Part shown: piece after piece, positions 11,289 through 25,719 of the stretch
Position numbering within the stretch: position 1 is the first letter of the stretch
Layout of the letters: each line of letters starts with the position of its first letter
NCBI GenBank assembly: GCA_025786725.1
Contig: JAHLTZ010000036.1
Coordinates: 1-64,000 of the forward strand
Direction of reading: 5' to 3'
Origin: Syncephalis fuscata S228
Lineage: Eukaryota > Fungi > Zoopagomycota
Length of the DNA: 64,000 nucleotides
Notes under the pieces: model-generated
The model's input: only the letters and a program-made list of their open reading frames with translations
What the model was told of the DNA's origin: nothing
Databases searched by the model: none
Made by a program: the position numbers and the translations under genes

Positions 11289-13450
11289 TATTAAAAAATT
11301 AAGAAATATTAGTAGATAAAAATTTGTTTACTCTTTGTCGTTAAAGAAAAAATAATAAAGAATGGTAAAGAATAGTTGGTGAGACCACCGGTTGTAAGTT
11401 GAGAAGTGGAATCCTAGCAATAAACAGGTTTGCATTAATCGTGGTATTAAAAGGTCTGTGGCTGGTTGGACTTTTCAGCAAAAAAAGGAGACGACCAAAA
11501 GGGACTTTTACACCACGAGTTTTTCTCACAGCTAGCCTTAGCTTTTTAAAATATACAAGTGCTTGAAATTCGTGGGGCTGCGCGTGAGTAACGGGCCGGA
11601 ACAATAATTAAAGCGGATTTCAAATGATCAGCTAGTAAGGTATTTCACAACTGTTGTTGCGCTGAATCCAAATATTTAAAACGTCATTAGATTTAGTTAC
11701 AAATGAAATAGGCAATTTATAAATATTGGCTGTGGTCCCCCCCCAATGGGATTGTTTTCAATTGCGTGCATAGTAGCAAGTCAGTTATTATAACACCGTT
11801 ACTTGCCTCAAACAGATAGATGTATGTTTAGCCGATAACTTGTATTGTAAACAATGAGTTAGTTATATTAAATTAGTAATACATATTAAAATGTTAATAT
11901 AACAAAGTTTAAATCATAATTGTATTAGTAATGATTTAACCTGAAAAACACGCGGCATTAATTATTATGTGTAAAATAAAAAAAGAGACAAATTTATTTG
12001 CTATCTATAGCTATTTAATATCGCATAGACGTATAAAATAGCAAAATCATGCACAACTGTCACCATCACATTAAAAGCCGCCAAAGGGATACAGCGTTTC
12101 AGGCGGTGATTCTTTAAACTGATAAACTAATTTGCCACCACCACCGCCACCAGTTCTCGTGAAGGTACTCGAGTCAGTGAATGTGTTTTTAACAGGTTTG
12201 TGATTGTACCAGTTACACTTGTACCTTGATCTATACGACAAAAATTATTTTTTTTGCCGATAATAGCTTATAAACTGTTATTGTCAATACTTGCAGATTG
12301 CTATTTAGTCCAATGATAATAGAGTAATGCATTGATTAGCTTTCAGTATTGTGTAGTTCAGTACAATAAAATACAATCTATAATTTGATTAGCCATATCC
12401 TTATCGTTATCTTAGAAATTTACACAGTTTAGGGGTATCACGCCATGTATTTAAAATTTCATATATAGAATGTCACGGTTTTTGTTACAGATATGACTTC
12501 TGATCAATCAGTAAAATCGCAACACGACCGCAGCGCACCACGGATAATTTGCTTAGAAATATATGTTCTTTCATTACCGTCAGTTACACTGTACACCGTG
12601 TCCATCATCCTGTACTCGGCTCGTGCTGATGCTATTGATTTTCAAAAACATGCTTTACTTTTGATACGATGATTCAATTCCATGACAAAATATGCACCCC
12701 ACCCGGCGTTTGACGGTGTTGGTACATACGCTTTCGGTAATATGTGTTTTTTCAATTCCCGCATAAGTGACTTAATTATCCATTGTCAATGAGTGTCAAG
12801 GTCATACATGTCGCTTTTGGCGTTTCAATTATTAGTAATATACCTACCTGAATTAGGAATTTACTTCGTGTGTTTTTACCATCTTGCACGCTTTCGTAAT
12901 ACTGGTTCAAGCTTTTTGTATTTTACACCTTGAATATTAATCCTGGTATTTTTTATGAAGACAAACCTGTCTACCCCACTTTGTCCTACTACTTTGTAAC
13001 CGCATCTACCTTGAATCTATTTTATCTTACAAGTTGATCTTTACATCTATACTTCGCCTTTCTTGGCCGATTATTCATACATAACTGACGTTGATTCAAC
13101 GCCAATCTGAACCATTAGGAATTGTCTCTTTAACAAAGAATCCTTTTTGGCTTTTATCCCCCTTTAATATACGCCCACGAATATTAACAACCATTTGGTA
13201 AGGCCATTTTGCGTACTTTACATTTTTTAACAACAAAATTGATAGGCAAACTTTGCGTAATAACAATACTTGACGGGAACAGGTTTTTACAAAATCATTA
13301 AATTTAAATTCGCCATATCTTTAGAAGTAAGTGTAATAGGTGCGTATGTGCGTGCATGTCTATTTAATCTCGGAGCTGATGTGCAAATTAACCTTAATGC
13401 CCGAACAACAAGTGCCAAGCGTACTATGTATTCTTTTTTATCTTGCTTAT

Positions 13451-13456
<6 letters not shown>

Positions 13457-13485
<29 letters not shown>
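13457..13485. repeat. (TG)n microsatellite
   Basis: Perfect TG run seen directly. Confidence 0.95.
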
Positions 13486-16291
13486 CGTGGGTCGTGGGTC
13501 GCGTGCTTGTGTACGTGTGGGTGTATACGCGTGCGGTCGAGCCACTCCTTCTCCATGCTGGTGATGTAGTTGGTTTCCTCGATCCTTGAGACAGGTCGCT
13601 GCCATGCCATGTTATGCCGCGCCGCGTTACACCTAACATACTTGCGTTTTTTTGTTACCTTCGACCAGCCTTTGCACATCGCGAATGAGCATGGTTGTGA
13701 AGCGGCGCTAGCTGGTTGCATCGAAAAAGCTTTATGCAGAATAGACGATATTGGTTTGCTTTCAAACCGACACCAACGCATATCTTTCTTATTTTGATTG
13801 TACTTGGACTAAAGCACATATTGCAGTATTTTGCTACTCTACTGCTTTTTGTACATCGACAATTTGTATTGTGGTACAGCTGTTTGCACTTCTGCTTTGT
13901 CAGAAGAGATTAAACGTAGGTACAATTACAGTTTATTTTGCAACTGCTCGTTTGGTTGCTGTTTAATGGCGCCGAATATATCATGCGTTCTTGGTCTTCT
14001 ATCGTATTGTTATGCCTGTTTCTGCGCATGTAATTATTCGTACATATGAGCCTTAGTCGCATGACTGTTTTTGGATATGATATCGAACATTCGACCAGCT
14101 GTACCAGCATGCCATTAGTTTTTCATCCAGCTTTTGCATGAATGATCAGGTTAAAAATGTTAAGCAATTAGTATGCTGTTTACCTGGTCGTGCATCATTC
14201 GTGGTTGTACACATGAAGGAAGAATGATTAGACGTTACGGTAGCATCTCCTTTATTTCAACCGTAGCGCCAGGCGTTCATCAATGGCCAGGCTAAATACC
14301 TGCTAATAACTTGTTTTTCTCAAAGTTGAAATTACTGCTATTCATGGCTATGTCAGATGTGTAACACACATTATTTTGATCCCCAATAGGAACGAATGAG
14401 TGTACACAATGGCGTTGCCTATTGAGCGAGGAGATGCTGTGTAATAAGTTTGCAAATCTCGCTTTGCCATTAGCATATTTACTTCAATAATAATGCTTGT
14501 TTGTCGACACGTAGCTATCACATTGGTAAAAATTTAGCCATGTGCCTTATCCTATGAGCTTCGAATTATGTCTGCTGTATTGCTGCACAAATGATGCCGT
14601 TTTCCAAACCAAGCTGTTGTACTCAATTAGTTTTTCCGGCACCCTGTCTGCTTGCCTGCCCGCTTAGCTGCCTTGACATTATTCCATTTACACGCTCGCT
14701 CCTGTAACATCTGTTTGAAATAGCCAGGGGACTATTAGTTCATGCTGTTTTACATGTTCCCCTCTTAATGTCGATCTGTGGTAAAACGGGTTTACCAGTG
14801 GAGAAGTCGCGTTGTAACACCTTAGTTTGGATTTGCTATTATCCTTGTTTAATGCTAGAGCTCATTTGTTCATCTGCACAACGCCTTATTCGAATTCCGA
14901 TTTCATTCTTTGTTTCTTCGATAGAATTTGTCCAACACACACACGCACACAGCCTAAACCTTACCAATAGCAAGGCCAGATGTATTGTAATTCCTGTGGC
15001 TGGCTAGTAGGCAACACAAATGTCACAGACACATCCCGCTCTATTGAGTAGATGTTTTTTACCGAGATATTCACATTAATTACAGCGCTATCGTAACGTC
15101 ATTGCATGACGAAGCGCTCCATCGTTGCCGCCATCATGACTCGATAGCACTCGAGATGGTGCTTTCGCTAATAGTCCTGTTTCCACTGCATGTGGATGCA
15201 CGGCTTACGCATGACTGATATTTCTCCTCACATGCACCCGCTATCCTGGTGTTGAGATTAGGCTAGAATGGTGGGATAGCATGTGCGCTGTACGTGACCT
15301 GGAAATGACCGAGACAAATGGGTCCCGGTGCATACGAATATCATGAAGCAGAACAAATCATCTTTGTTCTTGTATAAAGGCAGTACACACTGTAGTTCTC
15401 TAAAAACTGGTACTACAATTGATACAATTTTCTCTGTACTCCGTAAAGTTTTTATTACCTGATAATTGACACTGTTCCTAAAACTACTCGCCATTGTTCA
15501 TAGCTATTTTTTTGTATTTGCTTTTATATTCTTTTGTGTTTCATATATATATATATATGATCCTAATTCTTTATTAATTCACTAATACATTTTACACTAC
15601 ATTACACTAGGCAGCCTGATTATCAGCAGACCATCCGGTATTTGAAATTTTCAGCCCATTAAGGTAGGTTAAATGGTGGTTTATTCGTATCGTTATATGT
15701 ATCCATGTATATAACAACTTTTAATACGTTTTTGAAAGTAATCGTTGTTTAATAACTTATTTAAATGAGTTTATGTATGGTTTAAATTTACTTTACGATG
15801 CTTTGTTTTATAACTATTTGCACATTTCATTGTTACCTATTCTATATATTGGAATAGTGTCAGATATACAATTGAAGGATGTGTTTGGCGAATTTTTCCA
15901 TTTTAAATGTTCTTTTCGGAATTTAAAAACGGGAACAATATTGCCGTTATTGCCAATCAGCAATCCTCGGCAAATGACAAATATGAGATATTTGAATATA
16001 TTTTGCTGTCGTTTAAAAATAGCCCGATGGCCAAATATTCCCTTGTTCTTATATACCATTGGTGGATTTAACGGATTGATTTATCTTCGCTGGTAATTTA
16101 TGGTTCACTTGATGGAATTCTGTCTATCACGCATTAACGACAGATTTTATGGATGTATTTATTAACTGCGAAACGGTTTATCCAGATGACTACCCTTATT
16201 GTCTGTCAGTAATAGATGTCAATTGTTTACATCAATTGAAAGTTAGATACGATTACTGAACAAGCATTCTAGAAATGCTATGCAGTCACTC

Positions 16292-16332
16292 AAATGACCA
16301 GGTTTAAATGACCAGGTTTAAATGACCAGGTT
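16292..16332. repeat. 14-bp tandem repeat AAATGACCAGGTTT, about 3 copies
   Basis: Three consecutive copies; the last is truncated by 1 nt. Confidence 0.95.
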
Positions 16333-17788
16333 ATAGCCTATAAACAAACAAGGCAACCAATAGCAATAAGCATAATTTTGATTAATTCAGAAATAAGCGA
16401 AACATTGTAATGGAATTATCTATTTTCCCTCGTAAACGACTATTTAAAACATTTATTCCCTCTAGTTTCTGCTCTACTTTATTCTCCGGTCTTGGGTATT
16501 CCAAACATAGTCGGCCTATTTTTATACTCTCGCTTAGTATAACCAGCCTAAGACTTTAAAATATTAGTTTACCCCATATTTTTAACTAAGAGCGCTTTGG
16601 TCACCTAATCTTTAACATCTTTACCGTTTACTTTGGCCATTTAATTGGACTATTTACTTTGACTGTTCTTTAAACAAAGCGATAGAGCTACAATGAAACT
16701 TTTACAACAAGTTTTATAGTTTGTTACTTGTTTGTTCTTGTCGCTAAAAAAGGTGCTTCTAAGAACTTTCTATTATCGCGCCACATTTTCAACTTTGTTA
16801 ATTTGAGCTCCTACCAATTTATTGTGATTAAAAAGGAATAGCCGTTTACTTATTCTTTTACAGCCGAAAAGATATTACCGCGGCTTATTCCTTCACATAC
16901 CCATCGCGCCATTTGGCAATTCTCCGCTCCCACGAAGCATGTGCATTGCTTCTTGGCTACGTATAAGAGTCTTCATTCGCGATAAATTTAGACTTATATT
17001 CACAAAGGCGCGTATGCCAAATTGTTTTTTCTATATATCTTTACTCTTATTCCAAGTGTTTTGTTTCATACAACTTATTTTGGATATACCACCCTTAATT
17101 TAGCCATCACGCTTGAAGTCTTTCGATTTAACAAAATAAGATTTCATTCCGAACGACACCTTTAGTTGACATCTTTTCATCCTTCTATTTTTGCACTTTT
17201 ACTACGGTCTTGTTTTTGAACCAACTTTTAGCAATTCTTGTTTTTTATTTGATAGACTTTCATAGTTGCTTGTGGGGAGCTAATAAGCATATAATTTTAT
17301 TTGATTTTATTACTGTGTGTACTTTATATCCGGGGTAGGTAGTGGTGGTGGTGATAACGGGGGAGGAATAAGTAGAATATTAGTTGCGTAATGCCACAAT
17401 GCTTTAGTACAGCGTTTGTTCATATCCGTAGTGTTTGTGCTACGGCCTATGAACACGTTTCAACTTTGCAGTCGTGTGTGGTTCCCTTGTTTGGCCAGGT
17501 TGTGTGTCGACGACTAGGTCCCGGTTTGATTATCATGCTTAATACCTCGACTCTTTTTTTCTGACGTTATCGCTTGACGCTTGTTTATCTATTGTTTTAG
17601 TTACCTAGTCGTCATTACGACCAGGATTACAGCTATTATTATTGCTCTTGCTAATTGCCTAATAGTGATTGTATTGACCTATTCTCTGATTACTATTGTT
17701 ATTATTTGTCGTTGCGTTCTGCCAACTTTTACTTACTCTTACTATTGTCTATTCTTTACAACAGATATAGTGCGTGCACACGACAAAT

Positions 17789-18731
17789 ATGTCAGCAGCA
17801 ATCGTTTATTCGTGTGCCGAGGTTGATAGCGATCCTCGTAGTTCGTTGCCACCGCCACAGCCATCCACTGCAACAGCAACTACGATAGCAGCAGCGGCGG
17901 CATCGTTATCTCAACAACAAGCGCAGCTGCTATCTTCAAGTCCAAGCCATGCCACTCCAAGTAATACTACTACGCCACCTGTTAGTGCCGGAGAAAACAC
18001 CTTTGACTCTTATTCGTTCCTATCCCGATTTGACCGGTATCGCAATTACCGCAGGTAAGTACTTGACACATGACAATGACACATACACTATAACATATAT
18101 TTATTAAACATATGTTTGTTTGTTTGTTTGTTGTTTATTATAACTATAGTCGATATAGTTTAGTGGTCCGACAGCAACCAGTCCAGGCCCGTCAGAGTGG
18201 AGGCCGTGAAAAAGGTCAGTAGTCTATAACAGTCAAGCGGTTTCCTTCTTGTGATGGCTGATATGCACGCATGGGTGCATATGTCGGTAGTCTCGTTTAA
18301 GTGCCATGAACGGAACACGAAAGCCATGAATAGTATTGATGTGCGGTGTGCGAGTGGATGAATCGTGATCAAATAATGATGGTAGTTAGTTTAGCCGTGG
18401 TAGAGAGTGAATAAACGTGTGAATGGGACAGTGAAGGGTCACGCGGTGTAAGCTACTAGCCAATGAATCTACGGAGCCAATCATTGGCCTCTTTCTTGTG
18501 TATTCATCCCGGTTGCTCCTGGGTGCTTTCTCGTTTTGCAACTCATTTAGAGCACCGTGAGTTTGGTTATTGATTGGTGCAGGACCTTGGTGGTGATTGC
18601 CTATTCAGCACATGACATCTACCAATGATCAGTGATGCCATGGGACACGATGCCATTGGCGCCCAGATTAGGGATTTAAATGCTACTAATTGCCAGCATT
18701 GCCATAAAGGCTAAAAGGAAGGAAGGAAGGA

Positions 18732-18773
<42 letters not shown>

Positions 18774-21130
18774 AGGCGAGACGGGCCGAGGTAAAGGCAG
18801 AGACCAAGGGGAGAATAGTACATGACATACAGACATGACAGACATGATGAATATACATGAGACTATTAATTACATATCTAATTGATTCTTGACTAACCAT
18901 TATATATATATATGTATATTACCTTTATATAGACCGTCGTCCCATCGATCCACCACCTATTGTACAACTGGTCAATTTAGACAATTCTTCTGACGAGTAA
19001 GTTTTATTAGTAGTAATTTTTTAATCAATAACTAACATTTAACACTATAATAATGTATTATCATATTTTTCCTTTAGTATCTATTTGCAAAATCCATATC
19101 TATTTGTGTATGTTTCATTGATTGCTCCTTCAATTGAAGCACATAACAACGGTGCCAGTAATTCGCCAGAAGATAGCTCAAGTGCCGGCAGTGAGAATAC
19201 CGACGACTTTCCCCATTAAGTAATGGCGTCGGCACAATAGCCAATGACACTGAGCTACGAACATTGCCTATTATTTCTAAAGGTCTGTGCGGCCAGCTTG
19301 TCTCATCGTTGCATCGCCTTAAAGATATTACGAATGAGGATGCGGGCTTTTTTATTTTCCCTGATACATCAGCCCGTTTAGAAGGCGTGTACCGACTACG
19401 CTTTTCTTTATACGAAATACGTGGAGCTCAATCTGTTCGTTTGTGCTCGGTCCACTCCGATGCATTTACCGTTTATCCGCCTCGATCTTTTCCAGGCATG
19501 TCCGAGTCAACATTTTATCTCGTTCCTTCTCTGATCAAGGTGTTCGCATAAGGATTCGCAAAGAAAGTCGCTATACAACGTAAGCTATATCAATGAATGC
19601 ACTATGACAATCACTAATATTGACACAATAAAATAATAGACGCACCTCAATGAAGCGATCAGCCAGTGCTATAACATTGGTTACGCAGCTGCCCATCTCA
19701 CATACTACTGATGGGATGTCGCTCAATAAACGGCGTATGCTTGAAATGAATGCTTCGCCTTCACCTTCACTTGCTGGTCCACGTCACGGGGCCTATATGC
19801 CTCGTGAAGGTGACTATCCACATCCACCACCACCTTCACATCATTCTCATTCTGCTGCGACTGCTGCCGTCACAGCACCAAATATGCATTTATCATACTC
19901 TCCACCTCATTATCAATCAACGCCACCAAATTATCCAGTGCCACCCACAGCCCATGCGCATTATAGTTCGTCATCAGCACATCCTCGTTATCCGCATACT
20001 CAACAGCCATTACCACCATCACATTACTATGAAGCCAATACTTCGCCGGCCACTCACCATATGTCCCATGCACCACGTTCACATGAACACGTATATTCAG
20101 GATATGCATCGGTAGAGGAGATGAATAATGATCGATATGGGCCAGCTGTGACATCGGCTCCAATAGCCACGAATATGGATGGCTCCAATTATCCAAGACT
20201 TACTTCAATGCCTGCTGTGAATGCAATGCCCACAACCGGACCTGGCTATATCTCACCACGTTCGCATAACAGCCAAACTATGCAGCAAAGTCAGCTGCTG
20301 TTATGGCTCATGGTTATTCGATATCATCTTCTCATCAACATCATGCAATTCATCAACGCCAGCAACAGCAACATCAACAACATCCATCTCATATGCCGCA
20401 TGGATCACCCAAATCTTACTACTATCCTCATCCAGCTGATTCTGCTGCTGCTTATGCGCATATTCGTTCAGCAAATGCCTGTGGTGATCCACATTGCCAG
20501 AATCCACATTGTGGTGTCACATCGGTTAAGCCAGCCAATCCATCAGAGATATATAGACCGTCGTCTATTCCAGTATCGACACCGGCAGCCCATATGTATA
20601 CATCAAGAGCATCGGATGGGCCTACTACCTATCATTACCCATCGGCATCGAGTGCTTTATCCGCCCATCCATCGTCGGCTATAGCGGCCAATACGCGTTT
20701 GCCTACACCATCGTCGTTATCGTCACCTACAACAAGTGCTTCTTATCCTAATGGAGCCGGTGGACCACCACTGCCACCTTCATCTTCTACGCATCATTTA
20801 GATGGATATAGAGCAAATCATAGCCATGGTAATGCCATCTATGATAATAGAATGCCTCAGCCACTATCGAGTCCGTATGGACAGCATCGTGTTGCTTCAG
20901 CGTCTTCTCATGGCAGTTACGGTCATCCTCATGCCTATACGCCTACAACGCCTATTAGTAACACGATGACGTCCATTCCGGCATCGGCACCAGCTATATC
21001 CCGCACACATACCGTGTTTAAACATTCAGATCCCCGTACCGCCAATGCATCTCATTTCTACACAATGGCAAATACCGCGTCCACCATACCTTGTCGTTCT
21101 CAAACGCCATCCAACACTAACAATCACTAA
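17789..21130 (+). CDS. Velvet-domain transcription factor (VosA-like) with long His/Pro/Ser-rich C-terminus; three apparent 1-nt deletions
   Basis: YSLVVRQQPVQAR, DRRPIDPPPIVQL, YLQNPYLF, GQLVSSLHRLKD, FFIFPD, YRLRFSLYEI, and FPGMSESTF(fs)LSRSFSDQGVRIRIRKE. Confidence 0.9.
18717..18770. repeat. (GGAA)n(GA)n polypurine tract in velvet intron 2
   Basis: Seen directly. Confidence 0.95.
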
Positions 21131-21462
21131 AAAACATACTGCGGTAACTCGCCTTTTTTAAAATGCAGCCGTTTGATAACCAGCTGCTTAACATTTAAGT
21201 AGCTTGTTAAAAGTTTCACTCATTGCTGTTGCTTTAGAATATTTTATTCTCCTCATATTATACACACATTCCAATTTCTGTTACTTTGATTTTTTACAAT
21301 CTATTTTTTCTCTTTGCTCGTTGACTATTATGTCGATATACATTAGCGTGCATAAGAGTGGTGGTCAATTGATTTAACAGATACTTTTTTACTTTTGACA
21401 TTGTATTATTAGTAATAAATCATTATCTATCAAACTTTTAACTAAAAATGTATTAAATGTTA

Positions 21463-22692
21463 CTACCTAATGATTTGCAAGGCAGCTGTGCCTGACATGG
21501 CCAGACCGCCTTCTTCATTAGTGGCCCACAAATGACACTGTAACTGGTCTGGCTTGGTGTCTACTCCACTATTGGTTGCCCATCGCCCATGCAAAGATAC
21601 AGGACGGCCACAGTAAAGTGGGCTAATAGCTCGATAGGAAAATGTACTAATCCATAGTTGTTGTAAATGCTTGCTCGCTTGTTCTTCAAGTAGTCCAAGT
21701 AATAATGTGCATGTTAGTGGTCCATGAACCAATGGAGCTATTCTAAAGCGTTAGTGTCGTTCATTTAATGGCTATTAATGCTACGACCTGCCTGAATAGC
21801 CTTCCTCTCGAGCAGCATACTCGTGGTCATAATGAATTCGATGACTATTAAAGGTAAGTGCTGAATAGCGGAATAGTGTAATTGGTGTTGGCGTAAGTGT
21901 ACATGAAAACTCGGCTGTTTTATTCGCTATACAATAAATAATATCCTTAGTAATGTATTATTAATCAATATTAAATATTGTCAAATAATTACGTAATATG
22001 TGCTTAGGCTTGACCAGTGAAGCTGTTCCGGTAGGCAAATACGCAATACATTGCTCATCCATTACAGTGGGACCGTTTGCATTCTTAATAAGTCGTTCGA
22101 TTGTTACAAATGCCGTTGTGCCCTGGTTACTTTGCTTGATTTTTACTGACGAGCAACGCGTTTCCCGCTGCACTCGATCACCAACACATAAAGCATTGTT
22201 TGGCCACCACTCCATTCGGCCGCTTGCCCAGACACGGCGTTCAAAAGGAGGTGGCGGCTGCCAATTGGACTCGTATCCATCTGATGCTAATTCAGTTTCC
22301 CGTAAATGTTGTGGAAAATAAGCAAGATGCCAATTACGTGGTAATGGTGTGCCAGATGCTGGTTCAAGTACATCAACGAAATCGTTAGCCGATAGTGCTG
22401 ATAGCTTGTTATTTGTATCTGTGCCAACTGCTGCTACTAATTGTTCCTTTCGAGTTGATATTGGCCGATCTAACGTCATACACATTAATGTATATTGTGA
22501 TGGAGTTATTGTATCGAGCTGTATTTCTCGTCGATGGGCTATTCTATCTGCCCAGGTATTAACCAATATCGCCAATGCTTTTGGATCTTGGTTTTGTTGC
22601 GTCATCGTTGAATATCGCTGCACGTTGTATCGCAAATAATTGCCGAATGGCCGACTATGTCGTTTAGCAATTAGTGTAATGAGGCGTGTCAT
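21463..22692 (-). CDS. HTD2: Mitochondrial hydroxyacyl-thioester dehydratase (HTD2/MaoC-like)
   Basis: RRVWASGRMEW, TLFRYSALTFNSHRIHYD, LVHGPLT, FSYRAISPLY; basic presequence. Confidence 0.85.
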
Positions 22693-23228
22693 GACAAACA
22701 CAGCTAGACTAGAATAGTGAAAACAATAACAATATGGTTAAACAGCGTGTATACTGTTGAACTAACTTTGCTAAGTTGCGATATACAGTATAAAATATTT
22801 TATTGATTCCACATTATTACTAAACAATACTTGGCCGTTTCACATAATATTTTGTCATAGCAAACAGTCTTATTATTTAAACAGTACTCATTATTTGTGT
22901 TTCTATTTGATTGGAGCGGAGGTTAATATACAATAATATATACAGCCATATAACTCATTAAACTTGTACTGTTTATTCTATATCAAAAGCTGGCCAGTAA
23001 TTAAATAAATACAATATTAATAGCAAATAATTGCTAGTTATTTACAATATGTATTGTATTATAATGAAAAAACAAAGAAGTGACTATTATTTCTATATAG
23101 TAGTTAGTAAATGTCTTGGTATTCTCGTACTGTACCATCAATAAATACAAGCACGTGCCTCAATCACTTTTCCTGCCTTTTCACTGTGTTTATCGACATT
23201 GCTTACTCTAGAATAATACTTTAACAAC

Positions 23229-25413
23229 ATGTCAGACAGCGAAGATGCTGTGTCCTCGGTTGAGGATTTCCCTGAAGCACCACCCATGTCTACGACGGAA
23301 CTACCATCTCAACCGTCTACAGCAGGTGCTATGGGTGCAGCAGACGAAGCCGATATGTCCTCGGTAAGCTTTGGCATACCTACACCTGCACGACGTGCCT
23401 CCGAGCCAGTTGCCATGTTCTCGCAGGTAGAACGCGATACTAAGCTACTACTCGAGGCATTTGGATCCGATCTGCCACCCGAGCAAAATAGCGGCTTTGA
23501 AGAGGATATGGTTAGTCTGGGCCGAACGACGTCCATAGTGACCATTGATAACGAAGAGGCTGGCGACGCTGTTAGTGTTGAAACGGCGGACTCACGCGCA
23601 CTATTCAATAATACGGCATTTGAATCCGAGTCTGGATTGCCGGAGCTCATTCTTCCAGAGCTTTTCCTTGAAGTACCACAGGTAAGCGGGTCGATAAACT
23701 GCTGTTGACTGTAGGACAGCAATAGTATTAATTAAACGATTGTTAATAATAGGTGGATCCTGTATCGGAATTACTTGCACGCCACGGTACTTGGGAGGAG
23801 CAACAACAACGTAATCCGGCCATTCAAGTTGATCCAGACGATGAACGCACTGAAGAAATTATTCCAGTGCTCGTAGTAAGTGTGTCTATATAGTTAATTA
23901 ATTAAAATCTAAATGATCAATTAATACAAGGGAAATAATGCGTGGCGTGCATTGGCCAAATATACACATCAACAACTATTATTGTGCGATTCACGAGATG
24001 TTGATGAGATATTAAAGGTAAACTGACTAGAATATAAATAACTTTGACTCATTAAAACGACAGTTATGGTATTGTCGTGTTTTAGCTCTTTGCAAACTAC
24101 GTCTTTATCAGTTTGCACAGACTGAACTGGATGGCCTTGGCGAATTGGATCGAGCGGAACTTTATTACGATAGTCATCCAGGGTTATTTCTAGACCAAAG
24201 TGGTAAGTTACTAGCTAACATTTAGCTATTAAAATACTAATGCCAATTAGGATCAATGGTACCATTTGAGCTGCGTGTTCTTCATGCGCAATTACCTGCT
24301 TGTCTTGGTGATATCCAATACTCAATTGATCGTATCTATGCGCTTATTGTTTATTGTAAACGTGTAGGTTACTAGCTGTACTATCACTGGTTAGATTTGA
24401 ATGCTAAAATATCGATTAGATGGCCAATGTAATGGATGAATCTGCAAAAGAAGAAGGTTCGAATGTTTTATAGAGTAATAACTAGAGTAACTAAACTGTC
24501 TAAATAGAACACTCAATGGCCGAAGTTTGGCGAGCACGTGAAGCACCACTACTGCTTATTGTTTGTCGTTATTTGATGCAACTTAATGTGAGTAATAAAA
24601 TAGTTTATATTAATAATGCTAATGATAATGATAATGATAACTAGGATTTTGCTACAGCAACATCTTTAATGCGAAATATATCATCCATCAATGATCAAGA
24701 TGCCAGATTAATATCGGTTATTGGACGACTTCACTTACAGGTAGTCTAGGTCTATACGATGATTAAAAGAGCGATTGATATTAAAGTTTGTTATTATAGA
24801 TGGGCAACTTGCTTGATGCTGAACGTATGTTTGGCCGTGTAGAGGCAATCCATCGTGAACATGAAGACAATAGATATATGGAAATGATGCAGATGAATAG
24901 GTAAGTGAACATATTGCTGTACAATATAGCATGACGTATAATGAACATATAGTGCATATATGGCAGCAGCTATTGGTGATTGGGCACAGGCCCGTAATAT
25001 GTTTACACAAATATTAGAAAGAATCCCCAACATGAAACGGTTAGTTATTAATTTATAAATAGTTTACAAGATATGCTTAGTCTTTATTGATAGGCTATTA
25101 ATAATCTTGCAGTTTGTCAACTTTATCATCGACAGCTATCAGATGTAGTTGAGCATCATTAATAGTAGGATAATCAATGTACAGAATGTTGATAATATGT
25201 ATATTAATGTATTAGGCAAAAACGACATTACAGGCATTGATTGCTGATGCGCCACGGTCATCTGGCTGTAGTCCACCTGTGGTATTTAATTTGTGTGCAC
25301 TATATGAGTTGCGTTCCGAGGCGAATTACGAACGAAAGCGTCGATTGTTATGTGAAGTGGCTCAATTGGCCGGTGATGATATGCCAGCTGGTTGCTTCAA
25401 ACTAGGTGTTTAA
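23229..25413 (+). CDS. TRAPPC12: Trafficking protein particle complex subunit 12-like TPR protein
   Basis: LWYCRVLALCKLRLY, GSMVPFELRVLHAQLP, IGRLHLQMGNL, AINNLAVCQLY, VFNLCALYEL. Confidence 0.85.
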
Positions 25414-25719
25414 AACGATGACTATTAACTATTGACATGGCAAATAGTCTTGTTGGTACTATTAGTAGTAGAAGTAGTAGAAGTAGAAGTAGAAGTAATA
25501 GTTGTTGTTATAATAAATGCGTGTTTATACGATAAATGAAATAATAATATTTTTATTCATTTGATTAGGTATAGGTAGTCGTGTAAATGAATTTATACGT
25601 GTAAACGGCTATAGAAGACGTGTGACGATTCTATAGTATTCAATTATGATGCACATACTAAATAATGACCATGACCATGATTATTAGATAGCCATGCGAC
25701 TAATATAGCTTTAATGATA

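Noticed and set aside
13270-14110. Cluster of overlapping ORFs, including CVCVCV and HTHTHT peptides
   Set aside because: These are produced by the TG microsatellite and random open frames; no domain or splice-consistent structure.
16292-16332. Triple 14-bp repeat as a CRISPR-like array
   Set aside because: There are no spacers; it is a simple head-to-tail duplication in eukaryotic DNA.
17789-21130. Velvet gene as a pseudogene
   Set aside because: Domain residues are well conserved and the three breaks match the window-wide single-base-deletion error pattern.
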